64,000 nucleotides of DNA from Bacillota bacterium (GCA_023416745.1 JAEZHF010000020.1:1606-65605), one strand, 5' to 3'; positions 55,309-64,000 are shown, counted from the first letter of the stretch. A program made the numbers and translations. Notes: a model not told the origin generated them from the letters alone.

Positions 55309-56190
55309 TTGGACAGGTTGTACCACCGCCCGGGCAACCGCGAGGGCGGGGAATTCGTCCGCGCGCAGGACAGACGGGTGCTGCATGCAAAGATCATCGT
55401 CGTCGCAGCAGCCATACTGCTCGGTATCTCCGTCATACTGATCGGCTCTTTCATCGTGCTGCCTGACATCATATCAGACAGCACCAAACCGCTTGAACAG
55501 GATTTCGCCGCAGAGCTTTACGATACAACGCTGAAAAGTCCCCCGGTAGCAGCCGCCCCCGCAGAAACGGCGCAGCCCGTTTTCGAGCAGCCGGAGCCGG
55601 AGGTTTCAAGCGCACCGGCAATCCGCTTCCCGCGCGACAGCTTTACTGCCGTACTCGACATCAACGAAGACATCGTGGGCCGTGTCAGCATCGATGCGCT
55701 GGACATCAACTATCTGGTCACGCAGGGCATCGACAACGATTACTATCTGCATATGGGCTACGACCGCAAGAAGAATTCCAGTGGCGCGATATTTCTGGAT
55801 TACCGCTGCAACATTGGCCTTGATCCGCTTAACGGGCATTTTATACTTTACGGCCACAACATGAAGAACGGCTCCATGTTCCATAACCTGATGCAGTACA
55901 AGGATGAAAAGTTCTTCTACAACAACCGCATCATCCGGTTCGACACGCTGTACGAGGACTATGAGTGGGATATATTCTCGGCCTATATCACGGATACGAG
56001 TTTTTACTTCATTGACACCACGTTTAAAGACGATGCTGACTGGCTGGATTTTCTGCAAACAATACAGGACAAGAGCATATACCCCACCAACTCACAGTTG
56101 TCCGCTGACGACGTGATTCTGACGCTTTGTACCTGCACCTATGAGTTCGACGACGCACGCTTTGTCATTCACGCCCGGCTTAAGAAGTAA
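55309..56190 (+). CDS. srtB: class B sortase
   Basis: N-terminal TM; 'ILYGHNMKNGSMFHNL' (His); 'ILTLCTCTY' (TLxTC Cys); 'RFVIHARL' (Arg). TTG start 7 nt after AAGGAG. Confidence 0.88.
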   Translation: MDRLYHRPGNREGGEFVRAQDRRVLHAKIIVVAAAILLGISVILIGSFIVLPDIISDSTKPLEQDFAAELYDTTLKSPPVAAAPAETAQPVFEQPEPEVSSAPAIRFPRDSFTAVLDINEDIVGRVSIDALDINYLVTQGIDNDYYLHMGYDRKKNSSGAIFLDYRCNIGLDPLNGHFILYGHNMKNGSMFHNLMQYKDEKFFYNNRIIRFDTLYEDYEWDIFSAYITDTSFYFIDTTFKDDADWLDFLQTIQDKSIYPTNSQLSADDVILTLCTCTYEFDDARFVIHARLKK

Positions 56191-56288
56191 TGAAAAAGAA
56201 AGAAATGCAGTTACAGGAAATAAAAAAAGGGTTATAATGACAGTGCACAAGCTAAGAGATATATCTCATCGTCTGGGAGGATCATTGT

Positions 56289-56897
56289 ATGATTATGCTT
56301 GACCGCACTATGTCGATTGATAAAGACGCTTTGCCCGAAGTGGCAAGGAACCTGAAAATTGAAGACATCCCACAGTTGGTGGGATTACTCAGTTTAAAAG
56401 ACGACAACATCAGGTATCAGGCTTATCTTCTCCTTAGTCACCGTTCCATGCTCACAGATGATGTATATCCGTATTGGAATACCTTCCGTGACAAATTGCG
56501 AAGCGATAATTCTTATCAGAGAAGCATCGGGCTTATGTTGATAGCGGAAAACGCGAAATGGGATACAGAAAACCAAATGGAATACGCCATTGATGAATAC
56601 CTTATGCTGCTAAACGATGATAAACCTATCACAGTACGGCAATGTATTCAGTCTTTAAGCAAAATAGTTCCATTTAAGACTGGCATACTCGACAGAATCG
56701 CTGACAGCCTTGTCTCATTCAATCTTATGTCTGTTAAGGAAACAATGCGTAAATCAATATTGCTCGACATATTAAATGTATTGGTTCTTATCCGTAAGAA
56801 TCTCCGGACAGATGATATCGATGGTTTTATAATGAACGCTCTGTCCGGTGAAGTGCTGGACAAGAAATCAAAAACGCAAATCGAAGCGCTTTTGTAA
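56289..56897 (+). CDS. HEAT/ARM-like helical repeat protein, function unknown, in a low-GC patch
   Basis: 'IPQLVGLLSLKDDNIRYQAYLLLSHRS' HEAT-like repeat. GGGAGG RBS. Hand-counted 60-nt lines give about 37-47% G+C. Confidence 0.5.
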   Translation: MIMLDRTMSIDKDALPEVARNLKIEDIPQLVGLLSLKDDNIRYQAYLLLSHRSMLTDDVYPYWNTFRDKLRSDNSYQRSIGLMLIAENAKWDTENQMEYAIDEYLMLLNDDKPITVRQCIQSLSKIVPFKTGILDRIADSLVSFNLMSVKETMRKSILLDILNVLVLIRKNLRTDDIDGFIMNALSGEVLDKKSKTQIEALL

Positions 56898-56936
56898 GGA
56901 AGGTTTGTTCATAATACAAAACATTTATTGAAGGAG

Positions 56937-56975
56937 AAAGGCGCCAACCCTTGGGATCGACGCCTTTTTTTCTTT
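56937..56975 (+). terminator. intrinsic terminator after the HEAT-like gene
   Basis: AAAGGCG...CGCCTTT stem followed by TTTTTCTTT. Confidence 0.6.
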
Positions 56976-57061
56976 CGCTTTTCCGTTTCTATTTAAGTCT
57001 GATTTAATATGTCTCCATATTATAACGCGCCTATACCGCTCCACTTGTGTTTGCCGCTGAA

Positions 57062-58561
57062 TTACAATTCACGGAAACGCTGCTTCAAGTCCTGATACAG
57101 CCCCGAGTAGGTCTTGATGATCCTGTTGTACTTCTCCACGTTCTCAGGAATCGGCTGTGTGATCGTCTCCACTTTAAGCATCTTGGCTGCTTCTTCGATG
57201 CTGCCCCACAGCCCCGCGCCCACGCCGGCCACTACCGCTGCGCCGTACGCGCCGCCTTCGGCCGCGCCTGTCAGCGTCTTCACCGGCAGACCCATGATGT
57301 CCGCCTGGATTTGCCGCCACAAGCGGCTCTTGGACGCGCCGCCCGACGACACGACTTCAGTGGGCTTCATGCCGGGTTTGGCGGACAGTATCAGCTCGTA
57401 TATCTCGCGCAGGCCAAATACCACGCCCTCCATCACCGCACGCGCCAGATCGCCGCGTGTGGTCGTGACGGACATGCCGTAGAATACACCTCTGGCGTAC
57501 GGGTCGGCATGGGGCGCGCGCTCGCCCGTGAGGTACGGCAGGAATATTACACCGTTAGCGCCCGGCTGACTGGCCTCCGCGCCCGCGTTGATAAGCTTGA
57601 AAGGATCGTCAGCACCATCGTAGAACGTGTTCTTGAACCACTCCATGGAGCCGCCCGACGACAACTGACAGCCAAACGCCTGCCACTTGTTCTTGTCGTT
57701 GTTGCAGAAAAACTGCACCAGGCCGTTCTCGTTGTATCCGAAGCCGTCCAGCGCCATCGAAACGACGCCCGACGTGCCGATGATAAAGCCGATGGTGCCC
57801 TCCTTGACGATGCCCATGCCCGTCGTCTGGATGACCGCATCGCCGCCGCCCGCGTATACGGCAAGGCCTTCGGGCAGGCCTGTCAGCGCCGCCGCTTCTT
57901 TGGTGACATGCCCGGCCAAACCGTCGGACTCCATCACGCTCGGGAACATCGTTTTGTCAAAACCCAGCAAGTCAATGAGCTCAAAGCTGAAGGCGCGCTT
58001 CTCCACGTTAAACAAACCCGTACCGGAACCATCCGATACCTCGGTGCACTTCTCCCCCGTGATCAGGAAGCGGATGTAGTCCTTGGGCATCAGGAAGTGT
58101 TTCATGCGCGCAAAGTTGTCCGGCTCGTTCTTTTTCATCCACAGTATTTTGCCGCCCGTGTAGCCGGTGAGCATCGTGTTGTTGGTGTACGACAGCAGTC
58201 CGTCTAGGCCGCCCGCCGCCGCGATGATCTCCTCACACTCCTTTTCGGTGCGCTGGTCGTTCCAGAGTATCGCGGGCCGTATCACGTTGTCGTCCCCGTC
58301 CAGAGCCACCAGGCCGTGCATCTGGCCGGAAAACGACAATCCGGCGATGTCTGCCGCCGCCACGCCGCTTTGCTCCACAGCCGCCTTCATGGCGCCGCAG
58401 GTGCCTTCCCACCAATCTGCCGGGTTCTGCTCCGACCAGCCCTCATGAGGGTTGCTGAGCGAATAGGTTCTCGTCTGGGACGCGGCGACATGGCCGTCCT
58501 CACCCACCAGAATGCATTTGACGCCGGACGTGCCCACGTCGATACCAGCTACATATCTCAT
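57062..58561 (-). CDS. xylB: xylulokinase (FGGY family)
   Basis: 'GIDVGTSGVKCILV', 'GWSEQNPADWW', 'SFSGQMHGLVALD..IRPAILWNDQR', 'GGGDAV', 'GGASKSRLWRQI'. Confidence 0.88.
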   Translation of the reverse strand: MRYVAGIDVGTSGVKCILVGEDGHVAASQTRTYSLSNPHEGWSEQNPADWWEGTCGAMKAAVEQSGVAAADIAGLSFSGQMHGLVALDGDDNVIRPAILWNDQRTEKECEEIIAAAGGLDGLLSYTNNTMLTGYTGGKILWMKKNEPDNFARMKHFLMPKDYIRFLITGEKCTEVSDGSGTGLFNVEKRAFSFELIDLLGFDKTMFPSVMESDGLAGHVTKEAAALTGLPEGLAVYAGGGDAVIQTTGMGIVKEGTIGFIIGTSGVVSMALDGFGYNENGLVQFFCNNDKNKWQAFGCQLSSGGSMEWFKNTFYDGADDPFKLINAGAEASQPGANGVIFLPYLTGERAPHADPYARGVFYGMSVTTTRGDLARAVMEGVVFGLREIYELILSAKPGMKPTEVVSSGGASKSRLWRQIQADIMGLPVKTLTGAAEGGAYGAAVVAGVGAGLWGSIEEAAKMLKVETITQPIPENVEKYNRIIKTYSGLYQDLKQRFREL

Positions 58562-58844
58562 ATTAAAAGCTCCTTGTTTTTTGGAATTGAAATCAGAATG
58601 GCATCCTATTGTTTAATTATAGAGAATCAACCGCAGGTGCGCAAGTGCGCGATCATTCAATATATTGACTTGAATTACTATATAGATGACACATTTTTGT
58701 CCCGCCGCGGGCAACTGCAGTATTTCTGCACCCGCTACAACTGAATTGTGAACATTTTTAGATTCACTTGCAATTGATATGTATGTGACTGTATAATATT
58801 GGCTATCATAGATATGACTCTATAATCTGACTTTGAGGTAACTG

Positions 58845-60491
58845 ATGTCCAAGATATACGCAACCGTATCCATGTTGTTGATCATATTACTGCTGGCGGG
58901 CTGTTCCGCGGCGCCCGTCGATTCTCAGGCCACAGTACCGCCCGGCAATGAGCCCGTCGTATCCGCCGAACCGGCGTCTTCCGATAACTCCGATGGCACA
59001 CCGGCGGATGATCCCGCTATGACACCTGTCCCGACCACCCGCCCGGACGACGAACCCACGCCCACGCTGGAGCCGGAGCCCACGGCAACGCCCATTCCGC
59101 AGGCCTCCGTTGTACCCGCCGGTATCGTCAAGAACAGCGGCGTCATGATCGGTGACGACGTGGCTTTCCGTACTGCGCCCACCACCGATTCCGATATCAT
59201 CACTCGGCTCAAATACGGCACCTACGTTCATGTGCTCAAGACCAACGTGGACGCGCAGTGGCATCAGGTGAAATACGACGGCAAAACGGGCTATGTCAAC
59301 CGCATCTTCGTCAGTCTGGACGCGTCAATCGATGGTTATCAGCCCAGCTACGTGGCCACCATCGTCAACTGCGACGAGGACGTAAACGTCCGAAGCGGAC
59401 CCAACGCCGACTCGGAGCTGCTGGGCACCGCCAAAAAGGGTTCAGAGCTCACCATCGTTCCGCAGGACACGCTCACCGAGGGCTGGTATCAGGTGGACTA
59501 CAAGGGGCAGACGGCGTACGTATATGCCAAGTACCTCGACATCGCGGCCAAGGTGGGCGATACGCAGCTCTCCAGCCTCAAGGTTTCGGGCGGCACGCTG
59601 TACCCGTCGTTCACCCCGGATGATTACGGCTATGTGGTTAAGGCCTCGTCCAAAAGCGTTACCATCACCGCTAAAGCCAACGACGGCGTGAAGGTGGACG
59701 TGGGCGATACCGGCAAGAGCAAAGCAACGTTTGACATCCCCTCCGCGGGTATGAAGACGGTGCGCATATCGGTGGGCGGCAAGATACGCTACAGCGTCTA
59801 CATTTCGCGCAACGTACTGACCGTGGGCACGTGGAACATCAAGCGCGGCAACGGCCAGCTGCTCCGTCAGGGCCGGTTGGTATATGACCAGCAGCCCGAC
59901 ATCATGGGCATACAGGAGGCCTTCCAGAACCTTGACGCCAGCGATATCGTGGACAACCTCGCGAGCTTGAAGACGCGCGGCATGTCCTACAACGTGCTCT
60001 CCCCCACCATCAATACGAGCGGCGGCGAGTTCGGCAACGGCCTTATCTCCCGCTATAAGCTGCGCGACATCGAGACGTTCAAGTTGGACAGCGGCAGCTA
60101 CGAGAAGCGCCTGCTGCAAAAGGCGGTGGTCACGATAGGCGACAACAAGGTGTCCATCTACAACACGCACTTCACCTACAACACGGCGTCCATTCGCGCC
60201 AAACAGTTCAAGCAGGTGAAAAAGATCATGGACGACGACCCTAACAAGTACAAGATACTGACGGGCGATTTCAACGCGGCGTACAAGGAGTTCTCCGCGG
60301 TTTTTGGGAAGGGGTACACCATCGTCAACTCGCCGGACACCAAATACTACGATTACGAGCGCAACGAGATCAACTACAACGAGATCGACAACATCATCGT
60401 GACCAGCAACATCAAAGTGATCAACTCGCGCATCGTCGTCACTAAGTTCTCGGACCACTGCCCCGTGTTCGCATACCTCACGCTGGAATAA
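58845..60491 (+). CDS. surface lipoprotein: Pro/Thr linker, two SH3b-like domains, cadherin-like beta-sandwich, C-terminal endonuclease/exonuclease/phosphatase (EEP) domain
   Basis: Lipobox 'LLLAGC'. 'WHQVKYDGKTGYVNRIFV' and 'GWYQVDYKGQTAYVYAKYL' SH3b. 'LSSLKVSGGTLYPSFTPDDYGYVV'. EEP 'VGTWNIKRG', 'IMGIQEA', 'LTGDFNA', 'SDHCPVFAYL'. Confidence 0.8.
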   Translation: MSKIYATVSMLLIILLLAGCSAAPVDSQATVPPGNEPVVSAEPASSDNSDGTPADDPAMTPVPTTRPDDEPTPTLEPEPTATPIPQASVVPAGIVKNSGVMIGDDVAFRTAPTTDSDIITRLKYGTYVHVLKTNVDAQWHQVKYDGKTGYVNRIFVSLDASIDGYQPSYVATIVNCDEDVNVRSGPNADSELLGTAKKGSELTIVPQDTLTEGWYQVDYKGQTAYVYAKYLDIAAKVGDTQLSSLKVSGGTLYPSFTPDDYGYVVKASSKSVTITAKANDGVKVDVGDTGKSKATFDIPSAGMKTVRISVGGKIRYSVYISRNVLTVGTWNIKRGNGQLLRQGRLVYDQQPDIMGIQEAFQNLDASDIVDNLASLKTRGMSYNVLSPTINTSGGEFGNGLISRYKLRDIETFKLDSGSYEKRLLQKAVVTIGDNKVSIYNTHFTYNTASIRAKQFKQVKKIMDDDPNKYKILTGDFNAAYKEFSAVFGKGYTIVNSPDTKYYDYERNEINYNEIDNIIVTSNIKVINSRIVVTKFSDHCPVFAYLTLE

Positions 60492-60507
60492 CTTATTTCA
60501 GGAATAT

Positions 60508-60532
60508 AAAAGCCCTCATCGCGAGGGCTTTT
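60508..60532. terminator. bidirectional intrinsic terminator
   Basis: AAAAGCCCTC-atcgc-GAGGGCTTTT, between the convergent EEP gene and the small ORF. Confidence 0.75.
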
Positions 60533-60559
60533 GTATGTAACCGCTAAGTCATTTCCAGT

Positions 60560-60667
60560 CTATTCTTCCTTTTCGGCGATTGTCTCGGTGCATCCTTCTG
60601 AAAATTCAGCGGAGCACACGCTTTCATCAACGACGATTTCGTCGTTAGCTGTTTTCTTTTCGTCCAT
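60560..60667 (-). CDS. candidate 35-aa acidic small protein (not in ORF track)
   Basis: My own translation: MDEKKTANDEIVVDESVCSAEFSEGCTETIAEKEE. GGAAGGAG lies 8 nt upstream of the ATG, and the terminator follows directly. Confidence 0.4.
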   Translation of the reverse strand: MDEKKTANDEIVVDESVCSAEFSEGCTETIAEKEE

Positions 60668-60882
60668 GTCACTCGCTCCTTCCGTAGTCTTGTTGTAGAT
60701 TGATTATATCACATTCCGGCTAAAAGATAAATAGAAACTGCTTTGGTCTGCTGTTTCTGCTGTCGTCAGTTCCTAGTCCGGCAACCATACCGCAAACCAT
60801 GCCAAATAGTATTGACTGGCGTCCGCGAATATGTGCGTGCTGTGGTCGCGAGCCAATCATTTTCTAGCAGATACAAGCAACG

Positions 60883-60907
60883 AAAAAAGCCCTCTCTCAA
60901 GGGCTTT
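60883..60907 (-). terminator. intrinsic terminator after the tRNA pair
   Basis: Minus strand AAAGCCCTTGAGAGAGGGCTTTTTT. Confidence 0.75.
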
Positions 60908-60911
60908 CAGG

Positions 60912-60988
60912 TGGTAGCGGCGACAAGATTCGAACTTGTGACACCCCGGGTATGAACCGAGTGCTCTGGCCAACTGAGCTACGCCGCC
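60912..60988 (-). tRNA. elongator tRNA-Met (CAT), CCA encoded
   Basis: GGCGGCGTAGCTCAGTTGGCCAGAGCACTCGGTTCATACCCGGGGTGTCACAAGTTCGAATCTTGTCGCCGCTACCA. I folded the cloverleaf by hand. Close to B. subtilis elongator tRNA-Met. Confidence 0.9.
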
Positions 60989-61035
60989 ACATGCATAACC
61001 CGATTGAAAAGTTATCCAATCGGGTTATGACTAAT

Positions 61036-61112
<77 letters not shown>

Positions 61113-61130
61113 TCAACGAGTGCAAATGAT

Positions 61131-61159
61131 ATTCTATATCATATTAACTGTCGCGTCAA
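61131..61159 (-). promoter_or_regulatory. near-consensus sigma-A promoter for the tRNA pair
   Basis: Minus strand TTGACG-17 nt-TAGAAT, about 18 nt before the tRNA-fMet 5' end. Confidence 0.65.
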
Positions 61160-61194
61160 CTGTTTTGTGAAAAAACTATGAACTAATGTTTGGA

Positions 61195-61809
61195 TCATTG
61201 TGGATAGAAATATACGCAAGCGGCGTGGTACGGCCGCTTCTGATGCCATACCTTTTCGAACGCCAGCTCATGCTCCTCGCCATTTGTCGCAATAAAAACC
61301 GTTTTTTTCTCGTCGTCGTAGCCGGTAACAGCCATCCAGTGCCATGTAAAATCGTCCAGCTCTTTAGCTGGGTTGCGCAGTATCAGCAACGCCGGCAGAT
61401 AGCCTTCATCCACCGCTTTTTTGATATACGCGAACGCCACACCGACACTATAACCGGAAGAAACTCTCACGGCGGTGATGCCGACGCCCATCGTTTTTGC
61501 GAACTCCACCGTGCTGGTCGCAAAAAACCTGGCATCCGTCAGTCCCTGCAAACCCGGCTTCACGTATTCGCGGACCGCGCCCATGAAGGCTGTGAAATCG
61601 TCCCTTTTTGCAGGAGACTCATACGGATAAACCGCCCGGCATTTCTCCGAAAAAACCAAGGCCATATACATGAGTATGAGGGCGGCTGTTGTGGGCCCAC
61701 AGCCGGATATGCTGTGGCTGAGCTTCCTGAACCATTTTTGGTCTCCGGCGATAACGCCCTCTTTGCCGTCGTCTATCGTTATAATTTTCTTATCAATCGT
61801 GTTTATCAT
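61195..61809 (-). CDS. papain-fold cysteine peptidase-like protein (C39-like / BtrH-like), cytoplasmic
   Basis: 'SGCGPTTAALILMY' (Cys) and 'WHWMAVTGYDD' (His) spacing is typical of C39-like domains. No signal peptide or ABC partner. Confidence 0.55.
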   Translation of the reverse strand: MINTIDKKIITIDDGKEGVIAGDQKWFRKLSHSISGCGPTTAALILMYMALVFSEKCRAVYPYESPAKRDDFTAFMGAVREYVKPGLQGLTDARFFATSTVEFAKTMGVGITAVRVSSGYSVGVAFAYIKKAVDEGYLPALLILRNPAKELDDFTWHWMAVTGYDDEKKTVFIATNGEEHELAFEKVWHQKRPYHAACVYFYPQ

Positions 61810-61938
61810 AATCGTTCCTTTTCGCTGCCGGTGTATTATATCACATCACGCAGCCGCTGTAAAAAGAAGTTGTTATGGACGAAGCAACGGCCTTATGCTA
61901 GTATAAAGCAACATATTTTTTTATATGAGAGGGAACCG

Positions 61939-62460
61939 ATGGAATTCCGTAAAAGCTATACTCTGTCACTTGAGGACTACCTGCATTACAACCATTTCTC
62001 TCACCGCAAGCAGCTCATCATGATGCCGGCGCTGTTTCTGGTGCTGATGCTGGCAGTTTGCATATTTATCGTATTTGCCGACCGTACGCCAAACTTCGTC
62101 ACATTGATCATCATCGTATTGCTGATCGTGCTGTTTGCCGGTCTTATCGCTCTCTCCAACATACTGGCGCTCAATCATCAAGCCAGGCGGCAGTACCGCT
62201 CCAGCCACACTCTTAAATCCGAGTTTGAGCTGGTGATAGACAAAGACGGCGTCCGAGAATCCAGTTCCTCCGGTGCGTCCAACGCCAAATGGGATCAGGT
62301 CAAATTTGCGGTGGAGTCGAAGAAAGCGGTCTTCATCCACATGTCGATGCTGCAAGCTTTTGTGATACCCAAACGGCTGCTGAACCCAAAGGAAGACGCG
62401 CTGATACGCAGGCTGCTCGCCACCCATCTTAGCGGAAAAAAGCTCCGAGTCAGGCACTGA
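61939..62460 (+). CDS. YcxB-like two-TM protein
   Basis: 'LSLEDYLHYNHF', two TM helices, 'VIDKDGV..SNAKWDQV..ESKKAVFIHMS..AFVIPKR'. The ATG at 61939 is in frame with track ORF 61186..62460, whose upstream part is antisense to the peptidase gene. Confidence 0.65.
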   Translation: MEFRKSYTLSLEDYLHYNHFSHRKQLIMMPALFLVLMLAVCIFIVFADRTPNFVTLIIIVLLIVLFAGLIALSNILALNHQARRQYRSSHTLKSEFELVIDKDGVRESSSSGASNAKWDQVKFAVESKKAVFIHMSMLQAFVIPKRLLNPKEDALIRRLLATHLSGKKLRVRH

Positions 62461-63379
62461 TGCGCTTTTCCTCCCTGTTGACGATAAGGGTGCCGGCTGT
62501 CACGAGCGCTGCCGCAGCCAGCATCTCCAGACCGATATGCTCGCCCGGTACCAGCAGCACGGACAGCAGCGCGCCAAACAAGGGTACCGCAAACTTGTAC
62601 TGCTCCAGCACCGTGGCCTTGTGAACCTTTAGCAGCACGAACCACAGCGTGAAAGCCACCGCCGACAGCGCCGCCATGTACACCAGCAGCAGCGCCGCCT
62701 CTTTATTGAATATCAGCCCCTGCGGGCTGCCTGCATACCCCACCGCGATGAGCATAAGGCCTCCCACAAACAGCTGCCCGCCCGACACCCGCACGATGTC
62801 AGTGCTGCCGCCGTATTTGCGCACCATCACGGTAGCCACTGCGCCCAGCACGCAGTGCAGCATGATCAGCCCTTCGCCCTGCATCGAAAAAGAAAATGAT
62901 TCTTCTCCCAGCAGCGTGATGTTGGCCGCGAGCACACCCGCAAAGCCGCATAACAGCCCGACGCCTTTCTTCCAGCTGAGCCTGTCAGTTTTAAACATGA
63001 AATGAGCGAAAACCGCCACCAGAAAGACGCTCAGCGTGATGATGATGGAGCCCTTCACGCCGTTCGTGTGCGCCATGCCGATATAATACAGCACATACGA
63101 GCCGAACGTCTGCAGCAGCGCCACAGCCAGCAGCAGCGGCCATTCACGGCGCGGCGGCACCAGCTTCGACTTCAGCTTCAGCTTCGCAAACGCCAGTACG
63201 AACACCCCGGCGAGCGTAAACCGCAGCCCAGCCAGCAATACTCTCTGAAAGCTGCTCAGATCGCCCAATTCCGCATACGAAAGCTTGATGGTGGGAAACG
63301 CGCTGCCCCACAGCAAGCAGCAGAGCATCGCCGTCGCAATCATTACGCCTTTTTTCTCAAACATGCTTTTCTTTTCCAT
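62450..63379 (-). CDS. DMT superfamily (EamA-type) transporter
   Basis: 10 TM-like segments in two EamA-like halves. Confidence 0.85.
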   Translation of the reverse strand: MEKKSMFEKKGVMIATAMLCCLLWGSAFPTIKLSYAELGDLSSFQRVLLAGLRFTLAGVFVLAFAKLKLKSKLVPPRREWPLLLAVALLQTFGSYVLYYIGMAHTNGVKGSIIITLSVFLVAVFAHFMFKTDRLSWKKGVGLLCGFAGVLAANITLLGEESFSFSMQGEGLIMLHCVLGAVATVMVRKYGGSTDIVRVSGGQLFVGGLMLIAVGYAGSPQGLIFNKEAALLLVYMAALSAVAFTLWFVLLKVHKATVLEQYKFAVPLFGALLSVLLVPGEHIGLEMLAAAALVTAGTLIVNREEKRISA

Positions 63380-63502
63380 TGTGGTGCCCCCCTTTGATTG
63401 CCGCCCTATATTAACACAACCTTCGGGTATATGCCATCAATGATCTGCACATTGTTCTTATTTGTGGTATAATGCACCAAAGAAACGTAGAGGAACACAG
63501 AA

Positions 63503-64000
63503 ATGAAAAAGGTAACCACAAAGCAGCCCAACTCGTCCGAATGCTTCGTCTGCGGGCTGGACAATGACAAAGGCCTCAAGGCTTCATTTTTCGAAACGGA
63601 TACCAACGAAGTGGCCGCGCTGTTCACGCCGCACCGGCTGCACCAGAGCTACCCCGGCCGCGTCCACGGCGGCATCGCCGCGTGCATACTGGACGAGACA
63701 ATGGGGCGCGCGGTGCAGATTGGCAGCCCAGACGTCTGGGGCGTGACTGTGGAGCTGTCGCTGGCATACAAAAAGCCGCTGCCTTACGGCCAGCAGCTTA
63801 GGTGCCTGGGGCGTATCACGAAGGACACCCGCCTGCTGTTCGAAGCGCAAGGCGAGATCTATACGCCCGAAGGCGAGGTCGCCGTCACCGCGAAGGCGCG
63901 CTACGTCAAGATGTCCGTCGGCCAGATTTCAGCCGATTTCGATCCGGATTCAATCGCCTGGCAGGTGCATCTGCACATCGACGACCCGACAGAAATATAA
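63503..64000 (+). CDS. PaaI-family hotdog-fold thioesterase
   Basis: 'CFVCG', 'GRVHGGIAACILDETMGRA'. The TAA stop falls at the window edge (63998-64000). Confidence 0.8.
   Translation: MKKVTTKQPNSSECFVCGLDNDKGLKASFFETDTNEVAALFTPHRLHQSYPGRVHGGIAACILDETMGRAVQIGSPDVWGVTVELSLAYKKPLPYGQQLRCLGRITKDTRLLFEAQGEIYTPEGEVAVTAKARYVKMSVGQISADFDPDSIAWQVHLHIDDPTEI

Noticed and set aside
57047-58207. 386-aa plus-strand ORF opposite xylB. The 338-aa minus ORF at 59442..60458 opposite the EEP gene is the same kind of case.
   Set aside because: It is antisense to genes with clear family motifs. The translation is Arg/His/Ala-rich and has no domain signatures.
61186-61938. N-terminal 251 codons of the 424-aa track ORF 61186..62460.
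   Set aside because: This part is antisense to the C39-like gene and has no RBS. The YcxB-like protein begins at the internal ATG at 61939, preceded by GAGAGGGAA.

Overview
High-GC (hand-sampled lines mostly >55% G+C), Firmicutes-style chromosomal segment, probably a Clostridia / Oscillospirales-like organism. This is inferred from GGAGG-type RBSs, frequent TTG/GTG starts, gene content and the B. subtilis-like tRNA-Met. It is mostly core genome. I see no transposase, integrase, CRISPR array, prophage or recognisable defence genes. Recognisable blocks are: two tandem DD-carboxypeptidases; a DeoR regulator with two Zn-alcohol dehydrogenases; HAD-hprK-glcK; a complete F-type ATP synthase operon (atpIBEF-[H'A]-GDC); argJ; an amino-acid ABC transporter; rpmG-secE-nusG-rplKAJL with a structured L10 leader; ogt; zupT; xylB; and a tRNA-fMet/tRNA-Met pair. 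The best candidate for an undescribed system is a tightly packed seven-gene operon at 50203-54980. It encodes a PilT-clade ATPase, a short GspF-type platform protein, four pilin-like proteins of which only one has a canonical prepilin motif, and a terminal transglutaminase-like lipoprotein. A separately transcribed orphan class B sortase follows it. Other notable items: the ATP synthase has no free-standing delta gene, and a delta C-terminal-like module is fused in frame to the N-terminus of alpha. There is a translationally coupled DUF5685-like / J-domain protein (10-Cys tail) / membrane protein operon, a DUF2156-like + Eis-like GNAT pair abutting the atp operon, and a DUF362-like / ApgM-like / Fe-ADH operon. 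Family names come from my recall of motifs, not from searches. Coordinates of starts are best guesses from RBS context.
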